Source: Octopus sinensis
Lineage: Eukaryota
DNA length: 64,000 nucleotides
Assembly (NCBI RefSeq): GCF_006345805.1
Contig: NC_043006.1
Coordinates: 104,222,001-104,286,000 of the forward strand
Reading direction: 5' to 3'
Made by a program: the position numbers and the translations under genes. This document shows, piece by piece, positions 38,515 through 52,661 of the stretch (positions are counted from its first letter, which is position 1; each line of letters begins with the position of its first letter). Below the pieces are notes generated by a model. It had not been told where the DNA came from and searched no databases. It saw nothing but the letters and a program-made list of their open reading frames with translations.

Positions 38515-39570
38515 TGCTCTTTTTATTCTAGTTTTCAGCTCAGAGCTGCGGCCATGCTGATGCACCGCCGTTTTGTGCTACACTGTTATTGCGAAGAACC
38601 TCGTCTAATATGTGGCACTTGGTGAAATGGAGTTTGATATAGCTACTCTCATTTGCACCTCTTGCTGTGAGGTAGGTTCATCTGGGAATCTCGACAGGAA
38701 GATGTCCAGTTTGATTTAAAAAAACCGCTACATCTACTTTGTGCAAGTTCCTCAGACTCTTTGGGAGAATATTAAAAAGTTGTGGGCCCTTGAAATCCAG
38801 GCTGTTGCAGAAGCTGGTCCTGAAGCGTGATGGCATTGCTCGGATCTTTGGCATATCAGTGTCGTCCCGTTCTAGCATTGGTGTAGCTACGATGCAAAAT
38901 TTGAAGCCATTCCTTCCAGGATCTTCCAGACATATATTACTGCATACCCTCTCCCGTCTTCTCTCCAGGGAGTAGAGTCTTAGCTGTTTGAACCTTTCCC
39001 AGTAGCTGAGCTGTTGCAAAGAGACGATCTTCTTTGTGAATCTTCTCTGGATTGCTTCAAGGTCCGCTGTTAATTTTACACTGGTGGGTGACCATAGCTG
39101 TGAGCAGTAATCCAGGCGACTGAGGACGAATGTCCGCCAGAGGACCATCATGGTTTTCTTATCTCTGGTTCTAAATGTTTTTAGGATCCACCCAGCCAGT
39201 CGTCTGCACTTTGTCGCCATCCTGGTAATGTGCACTTGGAACGAGGTATCATCACTCATGTCGATACCCAGGTCCCTCACAGACTTAGGCTCTGGGATTG
39301 AAATTCCCTGTGGACTGGTGTATCCTGTAAGTTTAATATTCAGTTTTGGATGCTGGTAGCGCAGGGCCTGGACTTTTTCAGGATTAAACTGCATATTATT
39401 ATCCTCAGCCCATCTGTGATTGAGTCCAACTCCTGCTGCAGGTGTGCAACACCGCTGGGGTTCTGTATTTTCTGCGATACTTTCGTATCGTCTGCATAGC
39501 TGGCCAGAGTGGCTATCCGGGCATTTGAGGGCATATCTGAGATGGCCACTATAAAAAGCAGTGGTCCCAA
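38515..39570 (-). mobile_element. CR1-group LINE, 5'-truncated (RT C-terminal part and 3' UTR)
   Basis: GPLLF..YADDTK, MQFNPEK, RDLG, SRLDYCSQLWSP, LEAIQRRFTK, YSLERRRER in ORFs 39340-39570 and 38678-39394. Confidence 0.92.
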
Positions 39571-39620
39571 GACATATACTATATGTATATATTATATATA
39601 TATACTATATACATAAACTT

Positions 39621-39942
39621 GGCTCAGTGGTTAGAGCGTCGAGCTTACGATCGTGAGGTTGTAAGCTCGAATCCCGGACCGGGCTGCGTGTTGTGTCTTG
39701 AGCAAAACACTTTTATTTCACGTTGCTCCAGTTACTCAGCTGTAGAATGAGTTGCGACGTCACTGGTTCCAAGCTGTATCGACCTTTGTCTTTCCCTTGG
39801 ATAACACTGGTGGCGTGGAGAGGGGAGGCCGGTATGCATGGGCGACTGCTGGTCTTCCATAAACAACCTTGCCCGACTTGTGTCTAGGAGGTAACTTTCT
39901 AGGTGGCAATCCCATGGTCATTCATGACCGAAGGGGGTCTTT
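39621..39942 (+). mobile_element. tRNA-derived SINE family D
   Basis: GGCTCAGTGGTTAGAGCG head, TCGAATCCCGG B box. Second copy at 54832-55163 (-). Confidence 0.88.
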
Positions 39943-40133
39943 GTCCTTATATACATAAACTATATCTATACATATATATACTATATATTTGTATATATAA
40001 TATATATATATTATATATATATATATAACCAGGAAGGTACGAAAATAAACGAAGACAGGTGGAGTACAAGCAAACAAACGTATTAGTATGGGCGCTCAGG
40101 AATATATATATATATAATAATATATATATATAA

Positions 40134-40169
<36 letters not shown>

Positions 40170-41540
40170 CAGAATGTGTTATATATATATATATACATAT
40201 ATATATATACATGTATATATATATGTATGTATATATTGTATATTATATTAGATATATAATATATATATATATCTATATATGTGTGTGTGTGTATATATAT
40301 ATCTATACCTATAAATAAAATGTATATATGTTTATGCATACATAAATATGTATGTAAGCAGTATTTACGTAAAGATGTGTGTGTGTATCAGAGTTGATGC
40401 TAGATCACTAATGTCACTCGGGTTTATCATAGTCTTCGCATAAGACAAAAGAATGTCACGTTTTGCCGCTTTATTTCTAGCCCCAAATTATATATCTAGC
40501 ACTATGTCTTTCTGTATTTCTAAGTTAAGGGTAAAAATAAACCATCGCTGCATATCACAACTGATCTTTACACACAGGCGCACAGACTTATAGCAATCAA
40601 ATAACGACAGCGGAGTCCACAAGGGACATCAACGATCTGACTGTCGCCTGGACCCTTAAGAAGAGATACCAGTTATTCTTTTGCACCTGCCACGTTCGTT
40701 CGTATTAGCCCGAGTAGCTGGATAATTTTTCGTTCCTTTAAGAATATTGCAGAAAGGAAAGTTTTCATAGGTTTGAATTTAAATCCTAATCTCTATTGAA
40801 ATTTATTGTTTCGAGAAAAACATCGAATTTGAATTGCTTTTAATTTTAACGATTATAGATGACAATTGGGGCTGCAACTTTCGAGTCAGGCGAAAGTGTG
40901 AACGATGTTGAGAGAACGCCTGGTACGAATGATATATATATATACGGAATGCGTAAAAGAGTATATATATATATACATATACCTGCACACACACACGCAC
41001 TCAGATGTACACACATACGCATCTGTATTTCCTCAGAAAGAGGTAATCCATCGCATTAAAATTAATTAGTTATGAATGTTAATTATATTATTAAATAAAT
41101 TATAGCAACAGCTGTAGATGACAATTCAATTAGAAATTATTTGATATATTAACGTTTTTGTAGCTTTTGCTATACAAAACAGGTGGCTCTCAACTATAAT
41201 TTTAGGCGATTCAGTGTATACACACACACACATACACAAACACATGTCAATGGGTTGTGTATACATACATACAAGCAAACATACATACATACATACAACA
41301 TACAAACATACATACGTACATACAACATACATAAATATAAATATATGAATGCAAATATATTCAGCCGATATTTATTACATTGTAAAAATGCATTGGAGCT
41401 TAACAACGTGTTAATAATTGAACTCTTAAATGCAGACTCTTCAATACAGTGAATGTATTTTACAGTCTTTCTGAATCAAGATAGATAGGTAGGTAGATAG
41501 ATAGATAGATAGGTAGGTAGGTAGAGATAGGCAGATAGAT

Positions 41541-41600
<60 letters not shown>

Positions 41601-41717
41601 GTAGGTAGGTAGGTAGGTAGGTAGGTAAGTAGAGATAGACAGATAGATATAGATAGATAAATAGATAGATAGATAAATAGATAGATAGATAGATACATAC
41701 ATACATACATACATACA

Positions 41718-42503
41718 TAACTTTCTTTATTGGCCACACAAGGCTGAACACAGAAGGGATAAATACAAATGTAGGGCTTTTTTTCGAAAATGAAAAAGAA
41801 AAAGGGAGGAAAAAACAGAGAATAAGTAAAATTCAGATCAAAAGGGTCGGTGGGTAAAACAGCGATCAAAAGGGATCGTGTATCACGGAAGAAATTTTTG
41901 AAATGTAAGAAGCAAGATTAGGTTTATCCATGGAAAGGAAAGCCTACGGAAAAGGCCGCCATAAACTCAGGCAGGGAGGGAATAAACACATGAGAGCAAA
42001 GTGATCTCTGACTCTCTCTCTCTTTTCTATTTACAGGATCATGCTCAAAGCGGTTTCGTCGCTCGCACGCACCATCTTTGTTACATTCACCCACTTTTTT
42101 TTTGAAACTTTTTCGAGACAAAACCTGCCTTTCCATTCTCACCTTCCTTTTCAAGTGGTACTTGAAAAAGTTGATGAGCGATTGGCCACAGAGGTGTTTA
42201 TCTCTAATCTTTTCGCTTAAGTCCACCACACATTTTCTTTCACCATAGCCAGAACGATGAAGACTGCCTTACCTTCCCGGTTGAGGGAAGGTGGCGGAGC
42301 AATTATCATGATAGACTCGTCCGACAGGCGGACTCGTCCCACACATGACAGCAGCCGTTCGGAAAACCCCCACAGATCCGAAATGGTTGGACACTGCACG
42401 AGTGCGTGCAGAACGGTTTTGTCGCTCTGACCGCATCTCGGACAAGGCGGTCTGTGTTTCGAACCGTGCATGTAGAGCTTATCCCGAACAAGTAATGCTT
42501 CTC
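41718..42503 (-). mobile_element. Tx1/L1-clade LINE 3' fragment
   Basis: ALLVRDKLYMHG..CPRCGQSDKTVLHALVQCP (ORF 42217-42621). Ends CCAATAAAGAAAG then (TATG)n(TATC)n. Confidence 0.8.
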
Positions 42504-43108
42504 GATATGTATGAATGTATGTATATAGGTATGTGTATATTAGGTAAAAGCTGCAAGTGTACACGAGAGTAAGATTTTGACAAGTGAAAAATTTGTCTAC
42601 GATAAAAAAAAAAAAAGTCACTTGAAAACATATACTCTCAATCAGATTGAACAGTTATTGATGCGGCTGGTACGTCACACAAAATGTTAAAAGTAAAGAA
42701 AAAGATGAATCAGTTTCCAAACTCAAAGAACTGAAAGTAAAAAGACTTGGAAGTTATGGAATATGGATTTAAGAATTTTCTCTGTAATTATAAGAACTTT
42801 ATAATTATAGGACAGTCAATCAGCCATAAGACAAAGAAAGCAAAAGTCGAAAATCTACCAAATAAAATTCTAAAAATGAATGTCTGAAGGTAACAGTCCA
42901 AGGAATTGTCAATAATTTATCACAAATATTTTATCGGTACAAATTCTTAAATGGAATGATCATTGCCACAGCATAGCTGCCTGGTTAGAGTAATTACTGT
43001 GAAGCTAAAAGAAAGAAGAATCAAAATACAATGTACTGGTCCAAAATGGAAATAAAAATAACAATAATAATAATAATAATAATAATAATGATAATAATAA
43101 TAATAATT

Positions 43109-43659
43109 AGATGCAGTACCAGTCAGTGGCTCTCATGGCTTCTGATCTTAACTGATTGGAAGTGTTATCATGTACATTGTTTTGTCTTGATATAAAAGAT
43201 GGGCTACAGCAAATATTCTGCTCAATACCACAGATTTGCTTGTCAGTTGTTTGACCTTAACCAGTTGAGCATGTCCCTTAGTGGCTGACGATATGTGCAT
43301 CTCTGATCACGAGCAGAGTAGTGGGGGAGCATCATAGCAATGTGTGAGAAGGATTCTTTGGGGTTTGAATAGTCACCTCTGGAAACATGGGTGTGTTTCG
43401 TTCAACGTCCTAAACAACCCTTATTCAGGGACCTTTTGAGCGGGATGGGTTACTCGATCTGAAAAAAATTCTAACTGTGCTCCACCTGCAAGGTCATGTG
43501 CTGTTATCTTGATATGAGATCACCATGTTGCGCACATATGGTTGTGATGCATGTGCCTGGTGTACCCTTATCAGACGGGTAGTCATGATGGGTATACTGG
43601 GCTTCGTATATTTTAACCCAGAGTGTCACTTTGATGGCATGCTCTGCTCGCTCACTCAA

Positions 43660-43660
<1 letters not shown>
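43109..43660 (+). repeat. About 550-bp element flanked by (AAT)n on both sides; internally deleted copy at 44030-44288
   Basis: Both copies start GATGCAGTACCAG.CAGTG and end CTCACTCAAT-(AAT)n. Strand is assumed. Confidence 0.8.
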
Positions 43661-44640
<980 letters not shown>

Positions 44641-44657
44641 AAAAAAAATTAAAAAAA

Positions 44658-46017
44658 GAATATTATAGACGAGTTAGATCAATACTAAAAACAGAGCTCA
44701 ATGCTAAAAACAAGATAATAGGTATCAACACTTTAGCTGTCCCAGTTATAAGTTACAGCTACAATATCCTTAACTGGACACGAATGAACTGTCCAAAATA
44801 GATAGGAAAACAAGAAAAATACTGACAGGATCTAGGATGCGTCACCCAAAATCTGACATAGAAAGACTATAGATACAACGTATAGAAGGTGTAGAGGCCT
44901 TATACAGCTGGAAAACTACTATAAAATAACCACCATAGGACTGCAAAAATACCTACTTCAGAAGGAAGGAAAACTGATCCAGATAGCAGCAAAACACGAG
45001 CAAAACAAAAAACTGTTCTCAGTATTTAAGGAAGCTGACAAATACAAACAAGAAATCATACCACCTAATAAACACAAAGAAGAAGAAGAAGATGTGATGA
45101 AGAAACAACAAAAGCTATAAAACAAATGAAATCCAACTAAAAATAGAACAGCAACGAGCCATGATAAAACGATGGCAAGAAAAGCCCCTTCATGGTAAAT
45201 ACTGCACTAAACTAAACGCAAAAGAAATAGACAAAGAAAAAAATCCCAGCAATGGTTGAGAAGCTCAGGACTCAAAGCAGAAACAGAGGGATTTTTAATT
45301 GCAGCACAAGACCAAAGCCTTCCCACCAGAAATTACCAAAAACATGTAGTGAAAAGAAATATTACAAGTAACTGCAGAATATGTGGAGATGGACAAGAAA
45401 CAATAAATCATATTATCTCTAGCTGCCCAGCCTGGCTAAGAAGGAATATATTCACAGACATGACAGAGGGAACCTACATACATTGGAAGCTATGGCCAAC
45501 ATATGAAAACAACAGAAAAAAGATGGTATAGGCACACACCAGAAAAGGTCACAGAAAACGAGAAAGCAACCATACTCTGGGATATGCCGATACACACAGA
45601 TAGAGAAATTAAGGCCAACAGAAGATATAGTTGTCAGAGATCATGAAGAAAAAAATGCTTTCTAATTGATGTATCAATACCGGCAGATGACAACGTGTCT
45701 CTAAAAGAAATGGAGAAACTCTCAAATACAAAGACCTGGAAATAGAGGTAACTAGAATGTGGAACCTGAAAACAGAAACAATTCCTATCATAGTAGGTTC
45801 ATTAGGCATGATAAAAAAAATATTCAGACAAATACATAACAAAAACACCAGGACTTACAAACACATTCTTGAACATTCTCTAGAACAATATTTTGTGCAA
45901 AATCAAATATATGCACCCTAGTCAAATGCCAACTAGAACTTCTAACTTTTTGTCTCATGATGTCTCTGGGTGGAACTTGGAGTGAAATTGTACAAATATA
46001 AAGCAAAAGTCAAACAT
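44658..46017 (+). mobile_element. R4/Dong-type RLE non-LTR retrotransposon, 5'-truncated copy 1
   Basis: LKAETEGFLIAAQDQSL, CRICGDGQETINHIISSC, LWDMPIHTDREIKANR..IDVSIP. 3' end CAAAAGTCAAACAT then (AAT)n. Confidence 0.88.
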
Positions 46018-46068
46018 ATAATAATAATAATAATAATGATAATAATAATAATAATAATAATAATAATA

Positions 46069-48450
46069 GCAACACCCTAGTAGGATGCCTCCTTGGCTAG
46101 TTAATGGGTTAACATTCCTGCTTCCAAAAAGTGAAGAAACAAATGAACCAAAAAACTATAGACCCATAACCTGCTTAACAACTATGTACAAAACTCTAAC
46201 ATCTGTCCTGACGGAATATACCTATAGTTTTTTAACAGACAGCAGCATATTCCCTAATGAACAGAAAGGATGTAAACGTGGATCCTACGGCTGTAAAGAC
46301 CAACTACTCATCAATAAGATGATCTTAGAAGATTGTCACAAACGACACAAAAACTTATCAATAGCCTGGATAGACTATAAAAAGGCTTTTGATAGCCTAC
46401 CACATAGCTGGATTAGGAATGCCTTGAAATGTATAAGATAGCACCAACTCTGCGAAACTTCTTGACTGTAAGTATGAGATCATGGAGAACCACACTAAAC
46501 TCTGAACAGTGACAGTGAATCCCTAAATGCTGGTGATGTAAAAAATTTCGTGTGGCATTTTCCAGGGTGACTCACTGTCACCACTCCTCTTTTGTTTATC
46601 CTTAATACCTCTCTCAAAGCTGCTCAATGACGCGCAGTACGGGTATAAAATGTTTGATAAAAATATAAATCATCTCGTTTACATGGATGATTTAAAGCTT
46701 TTGCAAAAAATGATCAACAACTCAAGGGTTACTAGCGATAGTCAAACAATTCAGTGACGACATCAGAATGCAATTCGGCCTCGATAAATGTGCAAGGCTA
46801 CCTTTATCAAAGGAAAAATGACAGAAAATCTAACGTTAACCTTGACAACAGAATGTCATAAAAGAAACTAGACCCAGCGGAGAGCTACAAGTACCTAGGG
46901 GTAATTGAAGGGAACGGAATAAGGCATTCAGAGATGAAGGAAAGGATCAGGAGAGAATGCTATCGAAGAGTGAGAGCAATACTCAAGACAGAGCTGAATG
47001 CAAGAGAAAAGGATCGAAGCAATCAATGCATTAGCTATACCAGTCGTGACTTACAGTTTCAATATTGTTAACTGGTCAATTACTGAAATATGTCAGCTCG
47101 ACAGAAAAAATAAGGAAACTGTTGACAATGCATAGAATGCACCACCCTAAGGCAGATACAGAACGACTCTATCTGCCAAGAAAAGAGGGAGGCCGTGGTC
47201 TTTTGCAACTGGCAATAACAATGAAGATTGCTACAATGGCCTAGACACCTACCTGAAAAACTCTGAGGACTGGATGTTAAAACTTGTCTCAAAACATGAA
47301 AACAAGAAAGCATCATACTCAGTCACAAAACAGGCAAAGGAATATCGAAGTGAATTCCGAATACAACCAATTTCGGAATTAGAGATAGACATACAAGAAA
47401 CAAGCACAGAAAAAAGCTAGGCGCCTGAAAACCCGTGCCAAAACTGCGGCCTTAGATATTCTGAATAATAAATGGCAAGAAAAACCTCTCTACGGCAAAT
47501 ACCCAAAGAGAGCGAATAATGCAGATATCGACAAGCCCTGACCCATCAATGGCTAATGGGCCTCTGGCTTAAAAATCTGAAACAGAGGGGTTATCATCGC
47601 AGCTCAAGATCAATGCCTACCAACAAGAAACTACCAGGCCAACATATTAAAGATCAGAAGCAGTCCAACGTGTCGTGTATGCAAGCAACAAAATGAAACC
47701 ATTGACCATGTGTCTCCAAGTGCAGTCTTCTAGCGCCTACAGAGTATCTCAACAGGCACGATAGAGCTGCACAATATATTCACTGGGTAATCTGTAAAAA
47801 CCTGGATTTGCCCCATGAAAGAACTGGTGGGACACAAACCGCCCCCAGTGCTTGAAAATGACCACATCTCACTCCTCTGGAACTTCACCATTCAAACTGA
47901 CAGGAAGATAGATGCAAATAGGCCAGACATCATATTGAAAGACTTCAAAACAAAGAACATGCCTCCTCATTGATATGACTGTCCCAATCGATATAAACGT
48001 ATCTGTCAGGACCTACCAAAAACTGAGCAAATATAAAGATCTTGAAATAGAAATCAGCAAATGTGGAAGCTGAAGACTAAAACAATACCTGTTGTCATAG
48101 GTGCCCTGGGATGATAGCAAAAGGGGCTGATAGCTACCTAACTTAGATACCAGGAAACCCAAAAATGGCCAGAAGTTCAAAAGATCGTGCTCATGGGAAC
48201 TGCTCATATCCTACGCAAAATACTCTCTATGTAACCCAAGGTTTAAAACAAACATAATTTTCGGTTTAAAAAAAAAAAAAAAAAAAAACTCTTTTTTTTT
48301 TTAGACATTCATTAGTACAACATCCCCAACCCCCAAATATATGGCACACTAGGCATAACAACAACATGAACTTCCAACCCTGTTGTCTCTTGAGGTCTCT
48401 GGGTGAGACTTGGAGCCAACTTGTACAAATATAAAGCAAAAGTCAAACAT
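46069..48450 (+). mobile_element. R4/Dong-type RLE non-LTR retrotransposon, copy 2 (RT to 3' end, frameshifted)
   Basis: NYRPITCL, EQKGC, DYKKAFDS, QGDSLSPLLF, YMDDLKL, CCHC, RHD, NRPDI. Same 3' terminus then (AAT)n. Confidence 0.92.
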
Positions 48451-48451
48451 A

Positions 48452-48530
<79 letters not shown>

Positions 48531-48546
48531 AAGAAGAAGAAGAAGA

Positions 48547-49286
48547 AAAAATGAAACTATTGCTCATGTTGTCTCCATGTGCAGTCTTCTTATGCCTACA
48601 GAGTATCTCAGCAGGCATGACAGAGAAGCACAATATATTCACTGGGTAATTTGCAAAAACCTAACCTGCTCCATGACAAAAAGTAGTGGGGACACAAACC
48701 ACCTCCAGTGCTTGGAAATGATCACATCTCATTCCTCTGAAACTTCACCGTTCAAACTGACAGAAAGATAGATGTGAATAGGCCAGACATTATATTGTAA
48801 GATTTCAGACAAAAATCATGCCTACTCATTGATATGATTGTCCCAATCGACATAAATGTATCTATCAAGACCTACCAAAAACTGAGCAAGTATAAAGATC
48901 TTGAAATAGAAATTGGCAAAATGTGTAACCTCTAGACTAAAACAGTATCTGTTGTCATATTTGCCCTAGGAATGATAGCAGAAGGGGCTGATTGCTTCCC
49001 AGCTCAGATAGCAGGAAACCCCAAAATGCTAGAAATTCAAAAGATAGTGCTCATGGAAACTGCCCATATCCTACGTAAAATACTGTCTATGTAATCTCAA
49101 ATTTTTAAGCAAACTCATAATTTTCTTTTGTTTTCTTAAACTTTCACTAGGACAATACATATTCTAGCAAAACCAAAAGTATGACACCCTTGGCCTAACA
49201 CCAACATGAATTTCTAACTTATCTCTTGAGGTCTCTAGGTGAGACTTGGAGCCAACTTGTTCAATTACAAAGTAAAAGGCAAACAT
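48547..49286 (+). mobile_element. R4/Dong-type element, short 3' copy 3
   Basis: ETIAHVVSMC..RHDREAQYIHWVICKNL, NRPDI, same 3' UTR end GAGGTCTCT.GGTGAGACTTGGAGCCAACTTG. Confidence 0.88.
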
Positions 49287-49319
49287 AATATAATCCCTTC
49301 TAATATAGGTACAAAGCCT

Positions 49320-49548
49320 GATATTTGGCGGGAGTGAATAACACGATTACATCGACCCTATTGCGTAACTGGTACTTATTTAATCGAACCCGAAAGAAAG
49401 AAAGGTAAAGTCGATCTCGGCGGAATCTGTACTCAGAACTTAACGATAGAGAAAATACCTATTTATTTACTACCCACAAGGAGCTAAACACAGAGGGGAC
49501 AAACAAGGACAGACAAACGGATTAAGTCGATTATATCGACCCCAGTGT
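49320..49548 (-). mobile_element. SINE family A tandem fragments
   Basis: Tail joined directly to an internal body sequence. Confidence 0.8.
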
Positions 49549-50349
49549 TAACATATTTACACCATTTTTCCTCATTTCTACCCTAGACGTGCGTATATAT
49601 ATGTTAGCTGGTTGGTTATGCTAATTTCTTCCTGCATTGTTCTGTTTTCCCATCGTTTCAGACGCCATCTTTCCTTAACTTTACTGTGCAATTCGATAGT
49701 TTATTCATTGGTCAAATGTAACATTTTCAATGTATTGTGGATTTACATTTTACTACAGAATTCTCCAATGCAATCAATATGGCTATATTTTCTGATCTGT
49801 ACAGTTTGCTAATCATATGCGATGTTTCAATGGTTGCTATTGCGAAAGCTGTACGTCACTGTCAACTTACTGTTTCTCCATTTATTTTACCTCACATTGC
49901 TTTATTACAGGTGGCAAAATCGAAGAGAAGACATTTATTTTGTTGACACCAATAAAAAAGAAAAGGAATGCTCCAAATGTTTTTCAGTTGAACACCGAGT
50001 GAAAGTATCATAAATCTCCACTGAAAACCTAAGACTTTGTGTATTAAGGGTTTGATTGAGAGAAATATATGAGTGAAAGAAAAAAAGTATAGCTCGAGAA
50101 TAGGAATGTTACCGGTTTGGAAGTAATATATGCATATCGTTGATTCGGAATCTCGAAATTTAGCGTGAATGATGTTTCTAAAGATAAATGTATATCAGCC
50201 CTCAGCCCATAAGTAAATGATTGAAATGAATGTATGTACACAAGAATATATATGAGTGCATGCGTGTGTGTGTGTGTGTGTGTAATGTATGTATCTGCGT
50301 ATGTGAGTGAGTGTGACTACGTATACATGTATATATCGGTATATGTATA

Positions 50350-50380
<31 letters not shown>

Positions 50381-50403
50381 ATACAGTATATATATGGTAG
50401 ATA

Positions 50404-50448
<45 letters not shown>

Positions 50449-50696
50449 TATATACATATATATTATATATTATACATACAATAAAAAATACAGGAAAATT
50501 ATTTACCATTTTTATTGTATTACCATGGGGATTCCTCATTCCATTACGATTACCCAGAAGGCGCGCATGGCAGAATTTTGGAGGGAAAATTTACGTTCCC
50601 AGTCGTTACTTGGTTTTAACATCTGCGCACTTCCCCCCACTATCTGATGTCGCTGGGTCAGAAGTGAGGGCTGGTGGCATTGATAAAGCTAACGAA

Positions 50697-50762
50697 TATA
50701 GCGCTGATGACGGAATTCAAAACCCCCTGTTTGTGATCCAGAAAACACCGTGTTCGGCTATA
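50697..50762 (+). ncRNA. Type-I hammerhead-like motif of a different family
   Basis: TATAGC-g-CTGATGA-c-GGA[..]TCC-a-GAA-AACAC-c-GTGTT-C-g-GCTATA. Stem I is 6 bp with a G.G mismatch next to the core, stem III is 5 bp, cleavage triplet UUC. Confidence 0.6.
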
Positions 50763-50978
50763 ACGGTAAGTGGACTGAATTCGTGTATTTGCCACTCCGG
50801 TTTTGTGTATGTGAGCCGCAAGGGTCTTCGTTTTGGAATCTCCACTGATAGAAATGGAAAAACGGTCTTTGACTGCCATTTCTATATATATACATATATA
50901 CATATATATATGCATATATATGAGTGTATTAATATATATGTGTGTGTGTATATATATACAATACATACATATATTGTG

Positions 50979-51010
<32 letters not shown>

Positions 51011-51118
51011 ATATGCGTATGTAGGTGTTGTGTGTGGCGATTGCTTACCTGGCTGAAAATTCGGAGCCACTATCATTTTCAACAATATTCTTGTCTAAGA
51101 TAGTAATGTGTGTATATG

Positions 51119-51181
<63 letters not shown>

Positions 51182-51190
51182 GGGAGAGAG

Positions 51191-51226
<36 letters not shown>

Positions 51227-51314
51227 AAGAAAGAAAGAAAAAAAGAAAGAAAGAAAGAGATGAACAGATAAATAGATAGATAGATATTCATGTCTGTATA
51301 TATATAATTTCTAC

Positions 51315-51880
51315 TAAAGGCACAAAACCTGAAATTTGTGGGGTGTGGACTAGTCGATGACATCGACCCCAATGCATAACTGGTACTTAATTTATCGACC
51401 CCAAAAGGATGAAAGGAAAAGTCGACCTCGGTAGAATTTGAACTCAGAAAGTAGCTCCATACGAAATACCTTTTTCTTTACTACCCACAAGGGGCTAAAC
51501 ACAGAGGGGACAAACAAGGACAGACAAACGGATTAAGTCGATTACATCGACCCCAATGCGTAACTGGTACTTAATTTAACGACCCTGAAAGGATGAAAGA
51601 CAAAGTCGACCTAGGCGGAATTTGAACTCAACGTAGCGGCAGACGAAATACCTATTGCTTTACTACCCACAAGGGGCTAAACACAGAGAGGACAAACGAG
51701 GACAGACAGACGGATTAAGTCGATTATATGTACCCTAGTGCGTAACTGGTACTTATTTAATCGATCCCGAAATGATGAAAGGCAAAGTCGACCTCGGCGG
51801 AATTTGAACTCAGAACGTAAAGGCAGACGAAATACGGCTACGCATTTCGCCCGGCGTGCTAACGTTTCTGCCAGCTCGCC
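51315..51880 (-). mobile_element. SINE family A head-to-tail trimer
   Basis: One head followed by three body units, period about 180 bp. Confidence 0.9.
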
Positions 51881-51912
51881 TCTGTCTGTCTGTCTCACTT
51901 TCTCTCTTTCTG

Positions 51913-52023
<111 letters not shown>

Positions 52024-52319
52024 ATCTCTCTCGCTAAATATATATAGATATTTATATTTCATGAACAACGGATGGAGACATGCTGTCTGTTGATGGTCAA
52101 CCTAATGCGTTTGTGAGAAATCTAAATTAAAATTTAATGATGCATGTCTGTGGAAATTTAAGGGTGAATGATGTTTTGGTATTATTTGCATAAAACCAGT
52201 GTGCTTATATTATGTGTAGAATTTAAAGCTGGTTTCAATTCTCCATGTAACTATTGGTTTGGGGTGAAAGTCGTGTGCATCACAGGATAGCTAATTTAGA
52301 ATTGGCGAAGCTCCCACTA

Positions 52320-52660
52320 GTTAAACGATTTTAAGTGCTAGACTGTCCAGGAAGAGCTGGAAAAGTCTATAAATGTGGATGTGCACTGTGATGTCACGAT
52401 AAATTAAAGGGCGAGCGTTCGCATCCTTGGAGAACAGAGATAATTTGGTAACGAGTGAGTTTGTAGTGAGAAGGAGATCAAGAGTGGAGTTGGATAAAAT
52501 ACCACGATGCGGAAATAGATACACTGGAGAATTTGGTGATTGGAGAATTTTGGAAGGTAGCATCAGAATGGTAGATACTTTGAGACAGAACAAGGGGATT
52601 ATTTTGTTGCTGTCCGGGTGAAAGATGTGAGTACTAGAGAGAATGAAATTTACATATGCA
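52320..52660 (-). pseudogene. LINE apurinic-like endonuclease remnant
   Basis: FPHRGILSNSTLDLLLTTN in ORF 52321-52698 resembles the APE C-terminal LDL motif. Confidence 0.45.
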
Positions 52661-52661
52661 T

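Noticed and set aside
50307-51056. 249-aa ORF, the longest in the track
   Set aside because: Both ends are microsatellite translation; the middle has no recognisable domain and overlaps the hammerhead-like motif.
51315-51880. Regularly spaced repeats resembling a CRISPR array
   Set aside because: Units are about 180-bp SINE multimers without unique spacers; eukaryotic context and no cas genes.
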